Shown one piece after another: positions 15,454-27,900 of a stretch of 29,086 nt of DNA (the first letter of the stretch is position 1; each line of letters opens with the position of its first letter). Made by a program: the position numbers and the translations under genes. The notes under the pieces were generated by a model. That model was not told the origin of the DNA. It worked only from the letters and a program-made list of their open reading frames with translations, and searched no databases. Location: positions 1 to 29,086 of the IMG/VR virus record IMGVR_UViG_3300020440_000062; one strand, written 5' to 3'. The stretch is from a virus. Its lineage: Duplodnaviria; Caudoviricetes.

Positions 15454-18400
15454 ATGGCCACAACAGAGAGACAAAATAGACTATTAGTAGCAGAGGATTG
15501 GAGAAAGATCTATACTGCATTCCAGCAGGCAGATTTTAAGTCCTACGATTTTGAAACCATCAGAAGAACAATGGTATCATATCTACGAGAAAATTATCCA
15601 GACGATTTCAACGATTTTACAGAATCTTCTGAGTATGTTGCACTTCTTGATCTTATTGCCTACATTGCTCAGTCATTGTCCTTCAGAGTAGATTTGAACG
15701 CCAGAGAAAATTTTTTAGAGACAGCAGAAAGAAGAAATTCAATATTAAGATTAGCAAGATTAATTAACTATAATGCTAAAAGAAACAAGAGTGCCAATGG
15801 TTTACTAAAGATCAATTCTTTACAAACAACACAAGATGTCAAAGATAGTTCAGGAACAAATTTAGCAGGATTGAATGTTAATTGGAATGATGCTTCAAAC
15901 CCAAATTACAGAGAACATTTTACAACAATTCTTAATGCTGTAAATTTATCAGGTCAAACATTTGGCTCGCCATTGGAATCAGGCACCGTTGGTGGAATCA
16001 AAACAGAAGTTTATACTACAACATCAACAAATACTGATATTCCTGTTTTTACATTTAACAGATCTGTAAGTGGAATTAATAGACAATTTGAAATTGTACC
16101 ATCAACAATAGCAACAGGATCTAGTATTACTGAAAGCACTCCTATTCCTGGTTCCGGATTTAGTTACATTTATAGATCCGACGGAGCAGGTGATTCATCA
16201 AACAACACAGGATTTTTTGTCTCCTTCAAACAAGGGAGTCTAGATTATGAAGAATTTACAGTTAACCAAGCAGTTACAAATCTAACAAAACAAATTAATA
16301 TTAACAACATTAATAACGACGATGTATGGCTATGGCAATTAAATGATTTCGGTCAACCGAGTGCATTATGGTCTCAAGTGCCAACCACTTCTGGAAACAA
16401 TGTAATATATAATTCTTTGAGTAAAACAGAGAGAAATATTTACAGTGTGCTTACAAGATTAAATGATCAAGTAGAACTGGTATTTGGCGATGGCAATTTT
16501 GCAAATATTCCAACAGGTACATTTAGGTTGTACTATAGAACAAGTGACAATGCGAGATACAGTATTCAACCAAACGATCTAAAAAATATTAAGTTTGAAT
16601 TAAATTACAAAGATGCCGACGGTGGCAATCAAACTCTTACTGTCACAGCAGGTCTTAACAGATCAATTTACAATGCTAGTGAGTCTGAAGATAATGACTC
16701 AATCAGAGAAAAAGCACCACAAGTTTATTATTCTCAAAATAGAATGATCACTGGAGAAGACTACAATGTTGTGCCTTTAAGTGCGTCACAAGATATTATT
16801 AAAGTAAGAGCGTTAAACAGAAGTGCTTCTGGTATATCAAGAGCGAAAGAAATTATTGATCCAACAGGAGCCTACTCAAACATATCTGTTTTTGCAGATG
16901 ACGGTATTTTATACACAGAAGAATCGTTACAAAGTTTTACATTTACTTTTGCAAATAAAAGTGAAATTTTAAACACGTTAGATACAAAAGTAGAAAGTAA
17001 ATTAAAGGAAGCATATTCAAGACAATTTTATTATAAAAAATACGGAACTAAAGATCTTTCAACGATAACTGCCACGTGGGTCAGTACTACAACAGGCACA
17101 AACACAAACACAGGATACTTTACAACCGGATCTGGAGCATTAGTGATTGGAAGTTTTGCAGTCAGCAATCTAAAATACGCTAAACCAGGTTCATTGATTA
17201 AGTTTACATCACCTGATACAGATAAATTTTTAAATGGTAAGTTTGTTGCATCTACAACAGCAGAGGCACAAGATAGAGCATGGGCCAAAATTGCTAGTGT
17301 GGTAACAGATGGAGCAAACGGTGGTTCTGGAAATTTAGAATCAGGACTTGGTCCTATAACACTTGCAGATGTTATTCCAAACGGTGCTAAACTAGATTCA
17401 ATTTTTCCACCATTGACGACAAACTTTACTGCAACACTTAAAGAGGATATCCAAGCAAGAGTTCAAGCATATGAAGATTTTGGATTAAGATATGACATCG
17501 ATTCAGCAGAGTGGAAAGTAATAACTGGTACAAATTTAAGTACATCTAATGTATTTTCTACAACATTCCAAGGAGACACAACAGGCACAAACAAAGATGC
17601 AAGTTGGTGGTTTAAATTTACTAACGATGGTGTAACTTATACCGTTAATTACAGAAAATTAGAATACCTTTTTGAATCAGAAGGACAAAATAAATTCCAT
17701 TTTGATATAAATGAAAAAATTTATGATTACAAAACAGGACAAAGTGTAAAAGACAATATTAAATTGCTTAAAAGTAACATCATAACTTCTACAAGCAATG
17801 CGGTTGGCTATCCAATTACATGGCAAGTAGTTGACACAGTACAAGAATCTGATGGTTATCAGGACAACAGAAAAGTTAAAGTTGGATTTTTTGATAGGGA
17901 CGACGACGGTGTTGTTGACAATCCAGAATTATTTGATATTATTATAGAACCAAGCAACACACCTGCGAGTAAATTTGTTTTCTTTGAAAAATATATCTCA
18001 GATAACAACATTGAAAGATATAGACCTTATGCGGCGTCTAATTTTACGGTTGTGCAGAATGAATCAAGTATCACTCTTCCAGGTTCATATACTGACGGAC
18101 AATTATTTTATTTTTATGATTCCAGCGAAGATGTGATTAAAAAGTTTAATTCAACAACAGGTCTATTAGAAACTACATCAGACTACATTGCACGTGCAGG
18201 TAGATCAACATTAGAATTCCAGTACAAGCATTACGCAGGTCAAAATACAAGAATTGATCCTTCCATGACTAATATTATAGATCTTTACATTTTAGAAAGA
18301 GGTTATGATCAAAACTTTAGGACATGGTTAAAAAATGGTGGCACAAAACCTATACCTAGCACTTCTGATCAGTTGAGAATATCTTACAGCACGACTTTAG

Positions 18401-18933
18401 ATAGTCAAAAAGCATTATCAGATCAAATTATCTATCACCCTGTTGCTTACAAAATTTTATTCGGTACTAATTCTGAAGAAGAATATCAAGCAACATTTAA
18501 AGTTGTCAAAAACCCAAGCACAAATTTATCTAACTCGGTAATAAAAACAAATGTTATATCTGCAATAAACGAATTCTTTGCACTAGATAACTTTGATTTT
18601 GGTGATACATTTTATTTTACTGAACTTGCTACCTATATACACAATAAGATGGCACCTGATCTATTGACAGTTGTTATTGTACCAAATCAAGCAACACAAT
18701 CATTTGGATCTTTGTTTCAGGTAACAGGATCATCAGACGAAATTTTTATCAGTGGGGCCACCGTTAATGATGTAGAAATCATCGACGCCATTGGAGCAAA
18801 TCAATTACAAGCATCAGGTACAGTTGTAACATCAACTACTACAACAACAAATGTATCGCGATCGACTTCAGCAGTATCCGGCACCACTACATCTTCATCA
18901 TCATCATCTGGTAGTAGTGGGTCAGGTTACTAA
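15454..18933 (+). CDS. gp6: Baseplate wedge subunit, gp6-like (extended, 1159 aa)
   Basis: YDFETIR...LLDLIAY...ENFLETA...LARLINY, LVFGDGNF, IREKAP...SQNRMITGEDY; follows gp25; Ser/Thr/Gly-rich tail. Confidence 0.85.
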   Translation: MATTERQNRLLVAEDWRKIYTAFQQADFKSYDFETIRRTMVSYLRENYPDDFNDFTESSEYVALLDLIAYIAQSLSFRVDLNARENFLETAERRNSILRLARLINYNAKRNKSANGLLKINSLQTTQDVKDSSGTNLAGLNVNWNDASNPNYREHFTTILNAVNLSGQTFGSPLESGTVGGIKTEVYTTTSTNTDIPVFTFNRSVSGINRQFEIVPSTIATGSSITESTPIPGSGFSYIYRSDGAGDSSNNTGFFVSFKQGSLDYEEFTVNQAVTNLTKQININNINNDDVWLWQLNDFGQPSALWSQVPTTSGNNVIYNSLSKTERNIYSVLTRLNDQVELVFGDGNFANIPTGTFRLYYRTSDNARYSIQPNDLKNIKFELNYKDADGGNQTLTVTAGLNRSIYNASESEDNDSIREKAPQVYYSQNRMITGEDYNVVPLSASQDIIKVRALNRSASGISRAKEIIDPTGAYSNISVFADDGILYTEESLQSFTFTFANKSEILNTLDTKVESKLKEAYSRQFYYKKYGTKDLSTITATWVSTTTGTNTNTGYFTTGSGALVIGSFAVSNLKYAKPGSLIKFTSPDTDKFLNGKFVASTTAEAQDRAWAKIASVVTDGANGGSGNLESGLGPITLADVIPNGAKLDSIFPPLTTNFTATLKEDIQARVQAYEDFGLRYDIDSAEWKVITGTNLSTSNVFSTTFQGDTTGTNKDASWWFKFTNDGVTYTVNYRKLEYLFESEGQNKFHFDINEKIYDYKTGQSVKDNIKLLKSNIITSTSNAVGYPITWQVVDTVQESDGYQDNRKVKVGFFDRDDDGVVDNPELFDIIIEPSNTPASKFVFFEKYISDNNIERYRPYAASNFTVVQNESSITLPGSYTDGQLFYFYDSSEDVIKKFNSTTGLLETTSDYIARAGRSTLEFQYKHYAGQNTRIDPSMTNIIDLYILERGYDQNFRTWLKNGGTKPIPSTSDQLRISYSTTLDSQKALSDQIIYHPVAYKILFGTNSEEEYQATFKVVKNPSTNLSNSVIKTNVISAINEFFALDNFDFGDTFYFTELATYIHNKMAPDLLTVVIVPNQATQSFGSLFQVTGSSDEIFISGATVNDVEIIDAIGANQLQASGTVVTSTTTTTNVSRSTSAVSGTTTSSSSSSGSSGSGY

Positions 18934-21900
18934 TGGCTGATTATAGCAATCCTAATTCGACACAAAATTTTGAAGTAGTAACTGAAGGAGATAATTTTAC
19001 TCTCAGACGTTCTATTGCACATCTTCCTGCTTTTTACAGAACGCCGGCAAATGAAAAATTTTTAACAAGCACGATAGATCCCTTAATACAAAAAGGTCAA
19101 CTTAAAAGACTTGATGGTTATACAGGTAGATTAGATGCGTACACAAGGACAAAAAACGACACGTATTTAGATGCTACCACAACTGATAGAACTGCATATC
19201 AATTAGAGCAGACAGTAACCTACATTGATAAAGATACAACAAGTATCAACCCAGAAGATCAAATTAAGTTTACAGGAACGTACGACGATTTTTTAAATCA
19301 ATTGAAGTATTTTAACGTTCCATTAAACAATCATGATAGAATTACAAAAGAAAAGACATATGGATGGAATCCAGCAGTAGACTTAGACAAACTTATCAAT
19401 TACAGAGAATATTACTGGTTGCCCACTGGTCCAAATCTAGTCAATATATCAACTGTTGGAAAAAACACAGAGGTTGAATACGATGTTTCAACAATCACAG
19501 AGGATGGAAGTTCAGTCAGAGGATATGTTTTTGGGCATAAAAAGAACGAACAAAATCCTACAATCACTTTGTATAGAGGAAACACTTACAAATTTAATAT
19601 AGATGCACCCGGACATCCTTTTAACTTGATGACTGAACCAGTCAATACTGGTGTTGCAGAGGACGGAAGTACTTCTATAATCTATTCTGATGGCGTGACT
19701 AACAATGGGACGGATAAAGGTACTGTTACTTTCACTGTGCCAACATCGGCACCTAATTCATTATTTTATCAATGCGGAAATCATGCTAATATGCATGGTA
19801 TCTTTTTAATTAAAACCGTCGATGACAATACATTGATGGATCCAACGAATGATATTGTTGGAGTAAAAAATTATAAAACATCAAAAATTAAATTTACAAA
19901 CGGTTTAAAAATTAAATTTGGTACTGCTGTTGTAAATGATCAAAAAGAAACTTACGCAGACAAAGAATTCTACGTTGAAGGTGTTGGAAGCAATATCACA
20001 CTGACACCGACCGAAGACTTATTAGTTCCAGAATCATATTCAAAATTGACAACAATACCTTTTGACAATTATGGTTACGATCAAAGACCTTATGCCAAAG
20101 CATTTTATTTGCCTGAAACTCCTGATTACATAACAATTAAAAGAGACTCAATTGACCAAAATGCATGGTCCAGATATAACCGATGGTTTCATAAGTCTGT
20201 TATTGAAGACATAGCAAAGGCCAATGATGCCACCGCAGAGATAGATGAAACTGCAAGGGCACAAAGACCTATAATTGAATTTGACTCTAATTTAAAATTA
20301 TTTAATTTTGGCACAGTGGCAAAAAAATCAGTAACACTTGTTGATAGTGTCACAACAGATGCGTTCTCAACTATTGTAAACCAAGGAGGATACTACATCG
20401 ACGGAATTCAAGTAAGTGACGGTATGAGAGTATTGTTTACTGCTGATGAAGATTCATTAGTAAAAAATAAAATCTTTAGAATTAAAGTTCTTACAATTCA
20501 AGGAGAGTCGCGACTATCACTACAATTAGAAGAAACTTCTGACACGTCGCCTCTAGAAGGCGAGAGTGTGTATGTTGAGTTTGGTGCAAAACATCAAGGG
20601 AAAACTTATTACTATACAGAAAAAGCAGGACCTAACAAAAATGAGAAAAAATGGGAATTAAGTCAAGAAAAAACAAAACTTAACCAACAACCTAAATTTG
20701 ATTTGTTTGACGCAGATGGTATTAGTTTTAGTGATGACACAGTATACTTGTCTAATAACTTTGTAGGATCTGAAATCTTTAATTATGCAACTTCAACGGC
20801 GGCAGTGTCCGATACAGTGCTTGGTTTTAAAGTAAAATATAACACAGTGAACAATACAGGAGATATTGTTTTTGAATCTGATTATAATAAAGGCTCTTTC
20901 ACATATAAACCAGGAGACGAATTTTTAACTAAAAAATATTCTACAGGATTTTTACACGTAACAAAAAATGTTTCGCAGTATGATAATCGAGTAAATTGGA
21001 TTGAAACTGAAACGGAATCTAAACAAAGGGTAAAAAGAACATTTTTTGCTACTGAAAAAGAAAAGAAAATATTTCCAATTGATTTTTATAAAGGATCTGC
21101 ATCTCTTACAGACATAGAGGTTAGTGTAAAAGTAAACGGAATATTTAAAACTTTAGATACAGATTATACACTTGTTAATGGAACGTCGACAAAATTTGTT
21201 AAGTTTACTGAAGATTTACTTGTAAATGATATAGTTACAATTTATGGTTATTCTGCAACTGATAAGGTATCTAAAAAAGGAATTTACGAAATACCTGATA
21301 GTTTATCAAACAATCCTTTGAATAGCACACTTGAAAGTTTTACGTATGGACAAATTGCAAATCATTTATCAAATGTAATTTCTAAAAATACCGATGTAAC
21401 AGGAACAGTACCTGGTGTATCTAATATTAGAGATTTTCCTGATGCATATAGAAAAGGCGGAATGATACAACAGCACTCCGGGTCTATGCCAACTGCTGTA
21501 TTCAACTTAATAGATAAAGAAGCAAACTTTATTTCTGCATTAGATTACACTAGAAGAGAATATGAAAAATTTAAAGAAAAATTTTTATCATTCAGCACTT
21601 CAGAAACTTACGAAGGTGATCCAGTAACACACGTTGACAATATTCTTACAGAAATTGCTAAAAAGCAAACATCAGCATTTCCTTTCTATTATGAAGATAT
21701 GTTAGGATGGGGAGAAACGTACAGTAAGAGAGAATACACTGTGATGGACAGCCTGGAAACAAGTTACGCCTTGGATTCTCAACACAGCATCACAAGTTTA
21801 AGCAATAGAGCAGTATACGTTTATCTAAACAAAGTTCAACTATGCCATGGCGAAGATTATACATTCAGCACAACAGATGATAGTGTAACCATACTTAAAA

Positions 21901-24900
21901 CTTTGGCCGAAGGCGACACTTTAGAAATTAGAGATTACGGCGACACCACTGGCAGTTTTGTTCCGGTCACTCCTGCAAAACTAGGTTTACGTCCAAAATA
22001 TAAGCCAGAGTCTGTAAGTGATAATTCCTATCTTACAACACAAACAATGATTATTGGACACGACGGTAGCAGGACAAAAGCATATGGCGACTTCAGAGAT
22101 GATATATTACTTGAACTAGAAAAAAGAATTTACAACAATATAAAAGTGGCATACAACAAAGAAGATGCCGAAGCAAATGATATCATTCCATCTGCCTTTG
22201 CTAAAACTGATTACTCATTGGCAGAATCTAATGGCATAATTGCAAAAGATTTTTACAAGTGGTCTGGAAATAATAATATTGATTACAGGATTAATGACGT
22301 ATTTTTAGATGCCGGACAATTTACTTGGAACTATTCGTTCAGTAAAGATATAAATGGTGAGAATGCTCCCGGTCATTGGAGAGGCATATATCAATACTAT
22401 TTTGACACACAAAGACCACATCAAACTCCGTGGGAGATGTTAGGCTACTCAGAAAAGCCAACCGGGTGGGACGCAAGATATGGAGTCGCTCCATATACAT
22501 CAGGAAACGAAGTTTTATGGGATGACCTTGAACGTGGTTATGATTATGTTCAAAACAAAGTGATTGATAGATATGCTAGACCAAATCTTAAGCAATATTT
22601 GCCGGTAAATGAAAATGGAACACTAGTTTCGCCTATACAAAGTCAAACTGTAAATGGTTTTACCAGACAAAATATAAATGGTTTTTGGAAGTTTGGTGAT
22701 CACGGCCCGGCGGAGACTGCGTGGAGGAACAGTTCTTCTTATCAATTCAGTTTAGTAAAATTACAAGCACTTGCAAATCCAGTTAAATTTTTTGGAATAA
22801 AATTTGATCCAAGCAGACTTACAAAAAATGTTGCTGATAACTTTGTGTCAACAGAAACTAATTTAAGGCAGAGACTTGTAGATTCTAGATATCACCTAGA
22901 AACCATTACAAATGATGTGACTGGAGCAGTGACAAGGTATCAGACAGCAGGATTCCAACCTATGACTGTAAATTATTTGATTGGAAAAAATCAAGATCCT
23001 GCTATCTATTTCTATGATAAGATGAAAAATTTGAACGTGCAACTATCTTACAAGTTAGGCGGGTTCACGGCGAAAGATAATTTACGTATTCTAACCGATT
23101 CTTTATCACCAGGATCAACTTCCGGAAGTCAATTTGTTCCAAGTGAAAACTATCATGTGGCTTTCAGAGCGAGTAACCCTGTAAAGAGTTATTATTACAG
23201 CGGATTACTGATTGAGAAAAATTCAGCAATCACATCAGATGGATCTACTGTTGCACCTGGATATAGAGTTTTAGGATATGATTCAGAAAATCCTTACTTT
23301 AACGTATATGCACCAATACAAAATACAAATAGATCAATTCTAAAAACAGGCAAAGCCACGGCAATAAAGTATTCTGATTTTGTTGATTTTGTACAAGAGG
23401 TACCTTATGGAACTGTTTTTAGCACTGCACAGGAAGTAATTGATTTTATAATAGGTTATGAAAAATATTTGATATCGCAAGGTTTCAGATTTAATAGTTG
23501 GTCATCAGAATTAGGTGCTACACTTAATTGGACAACATCTGCAAAAGAATTCTTATATTGGACCACACAAGGATGGGGCCCAGGATCCGCTATTGTTTTG
23601 AGTCCTGGAGCATCTGGCTTTCAATTAGAGACAAAAAATGTCGCAATTGGAAAATTACAAGATGTCTATGGAAATTATTCTGCAGTCGATGCCGGCGGAC
23701 GTTCAATTAGTGTAAAAGATCTAAGCACTAAAAGAGGCAGAAACAATTTTGAATTGACTGTTAGGAATGAAGAATTAGGACTGTATGGAATTAATCTTCA
23801 CGCAGTTGAAAAAGAACACATACTAATTTTTGATAATAAAACAGTTTTCAATGATATTATATTTGATATCAGCACTGGATATAGACAACAAAGATTAAAA
23901 CTTATTGGTTGGAAAACAGATAATTGGAGTGGTGATTTCTTTGCTCCGGGATTTGTATTTGACAATGCAAAAGTAAGTGCCTGGACGGCAAACACAGATT
24001 ATCTATTAGGTGACAATGTAGAGTACAACGCAAAATTCTATGTTGCAAAAGTAAATCATAATTCTGGCACAAAATTTGACATAGAAGTATGGACTAAAAA
24101 AGATAAAAAACCGGAAGCAAAATTATATCCAAACTTTGATTATCGAATATCACAATTCAATGACTTCTATGGTTTGGAGACAAACAACTTTGATTCGGCA
24201 CAAGAAAAATTAGCACAACATTTAACAGGATATCAATCAAGAGATTATCTTGAAAATTTATTTAAAAACGAAGTATCTCAGTATAAATTTTATCAAGGCT
24301 TTGTAAGAGAAAAAGGAACTGAGAATGCTTTAAACAAATTAGTTAAAGCAAAATTTTTAGATGAAGACATAGATTTATCAATTTACCCAGAATGGATGAT
24401 CAAACAGGGAGAATTTGGTAACACAGATTCTGATAAAGCAATTCAAATTAAGTTGCCAGACACTTCCGTTTTGACCGATCCAGTCAGTATTGAAATGTTT
24501 GACAGTGACGCAGACACCAAACAATATGATAGATCCTTCGGTGTGTCTAAAGATGATTTATATGAAAAGCCATTAGAGTTTACAGCATCAACGGCATTCG
24601 GCAGATATGATTATGCCAACGGAATAGACAAAGATAATGTGCAGTTCTACAAGACTGCTGGATATCCAAGGTTAGACGATGTGCAACATACTGCGTTCAA
24701 CATAGCGGACATTTTAAATTTAGATGTAAATCAACTTACAAAAAATGATTTGATATGGATTGCAAATAATGAAAGCAATGATTGGGACGTACAAAGAGTT
24801 TTTGCAACCAGAAAACAAGTGAAATCAATAGCAAGTATCAACAACGATACACAATTACAATTTGAATTTACAGGAAATCATGATCTTTCACTTAATTCAA

Positions 24901-27900
24901 AAATTACGCAGTATGTAATGATATCTGATTCGCAATATTCGGACATTAACAAAGTTTTTGCAGTGACATCTGTTCCAAGTAATACAAGTATTATTGTAGA
25001 TTATGATGGACCAAAGATTGGAGCAATACAAAATTTAAAAGATGGCTCTTCGGTAAGCACATACGGAAATCTTTCAAAATTCCAAAGTGTAAGATTTGAT
25101 ACTATAGACAACATATATGATAGAATAAGTTTTAATGATTTTAGAAATAAAGATACTGTGAATAGTATACCTGGTGATAAAATTTTTATAGATAGTAATA
25201 CAGCAGGCAAATGGAACGTGTATGAAAAGGTAGTGCCAACTGTAAACAACACAATTACATCACCAAATCTATCTAGCAACAGTCAAAACTTTGGCTGGCA
25301 AACTGTGGCAAGAGATGACGGAAAATACGTTGCCATTTCAGCACCAGATGATACACAAGGCAAGGTACACTTCTTTTTTAGAAAAAGTGTCACAGCAGGT
25401 ACACAATTTGGCCTCAACAGAAGTTTCAGCCTCACGTCAAACAATGATGCAACAAGCAGATGCGGATATTCAATGTCTATCAGCACAGACGACAATTGGT
25501 TGTTTGCAGGAGCGCCATATTACAATATTGACGAAGACGGTAGCACCGTACATGAAGATCAGGGTGCCCTACAAAGTTTTCAATGGGATCCTGTAAGACA
25601 ACAATATACTGAAAAAGCATTGATCCATGCACCACACAATGACTCAACAAACAGGGTTGGTGCAAACTTTGGGTGGAGCCACGCATCAGCGGAACTTGCC
25701 ACAAACGAAAAATATCTCTTTGTAGGAGCACCGGGATTTAACACAGACGAAGGACAAGTTTTTGTGTACAAATGGTCAGTGGGTGCAGATGGTTCAACGT
25801 ATGACACTTGGACGGAAGTAGGAACACCGATAACAGCGGGATCGCCAACAAGTAGCGATAGATTCGGACACAAAGTTGTCACTAACGACAACGGTGATAT
25901 AGTAGCAATAAGTGCCGTAAGTTCGTCTACCGCGGGAAGAGTAGAAATATTTGTTAGAGGCGGTAGTAGCAACGATGGATCAACAAAGCCGACATGGACA
26001 AGAGTACAGACATTACAGACAGTTGCCTCAGACGGTAGTTCAATGAACAATCAATTTGGCGCAGATATGAGTATGTCTAAGGATGGAAAGACCTTAGTAA
26101 TTTCTGCACCGGGTGCCGAAGTAGAAGATGGTAGCACAGGCACATTCCAAAATGATGCTGGAAAAGTATTTGTGTATCAATGGAACTTAGACGGTTCTAC
26201 AAATCAATACACACAGACACAGAGCATACTGCCACCATCTAAGAAAAGCAACATTAAATTTGGTTCGAGTGTACACATTAACAAGACAGGAAATAGAATA
26301 GCAATTGGTTCAGAAGGAAAAGACAATCCTAGAAGAATGCTTTTTGATTCAGGTGAAACAACTTTTGATCTACAAGATACAAACATTGTGGACATGAACA
26401 AGCAGTCTGGAAGTGTATTTGTAGCAACAAAATATAATACGAAATTTATAATAGACGAAGAGAAAATTACAAACAATGTTTCTGGATTAGATGCTTTTGG
26501 AAAATCAGTGCATATGCTAGACAACTCTCTGTTTATTGGATCACCACAAGATGATGTAGGTGCCACGGATGACGGATCAGTTGCACACTTTGATACATCT
26601 GTAAGCGACAAACACGGGTGGACTCAATTACGTGAAGAAACTAACTTTATAGACAACAGAAAAATATCTTCGGCATTTATTTTTGATAGGTCCAAAAATA
26701 CAATTTTAGATTACATCCAATATTATGACCCAATAAAAGGACAAATATTTGGCTTGGCCGACAAGGAATTAAAATATAAAACTACTTGGGATCCTGCGAG
26801 TTACAATTACAATCCAACAGGATCAAATCAATCCAAAACTGCGTGGGGAGAAGAACACATCGGAGAAACATGGTGGGATCTTTCAAAGGTAAAATGGGTT
26901 TGGTATGAGCAAGGTGATCAGGAATACAAGACAAAAAATTGGGGCAAAATTTTTCCGGGTTCTAGTATTGATGTGTATGAATGGGTAGAATCAACCTTAC
27001 TTCCGAGTGAATGGAATAATCAAGCAGATACAACAAATGGATTGTCAAACAGGATATCTGGTATGCCACTAGATCCAACAAACAATTCTTTCACTGTGAA
27101 ACAAAAGTATGATAGTAAGAAAAACGAATTTATAAATTATTACTACTACTGGGTAAAAGGTAGTGTGTTCGTTCCTGGCATAGGCAAAACTGTGTTTGAG
27201 AGAAACAATTCAACAGCAATTATATCTAATTTGTTAACAAATCCAAAATTATCAGGCTTAAAATATTTTGGAGTTTCAGATCAAAATAAAATAATCTTGT
27301 ACAATGTCAAATATCTATTGCAAGATGATAATATTGTCTTTAATATAAATTACAAAACCAACACAGGTGACGCAAGTAGGCATCAGGTATGGAAAATATT
27401 TGCAGAAGGTGATCCACAAATAAGACCATCTACCGAGATAGAATCCAAATGGTGGGATAGTTTGGTTGGTCACGATGCAAGTGGAAACGTGGTGCCAGAT
27501 AAATCATTACCGGTCAATAGAAGATACGGCACTTTGTTGCGTCCTCGACAAAGTTGGTACGTAAACAGATTCAAAGCATTGAAAGAAATAATTGGCTACA
27601 CTAACACTATCCTTAAAGCAAAACAATTAGTAGGAACGATAAGTTTCACTAATTTAAATTTAGATGATCCTCAGCCAACTGCTACATCAGGAGAATACGA
27701 TGGCACAGTAGCGACGTATGAAGATTTAGGTTATCTTAACACGGCAGACTTCAGTGGCAAAGTGAAATATTTGGTTACAGCAGATGAAAATATTGGTGGT
27801 TTGTGGGCGATACATGAATGGAGTGGCACAGAATGGACTAGAATAAAAGTTCAAACTTACAAGACATCAAAATATTGGACATATGCTGATTGGTACAAGA

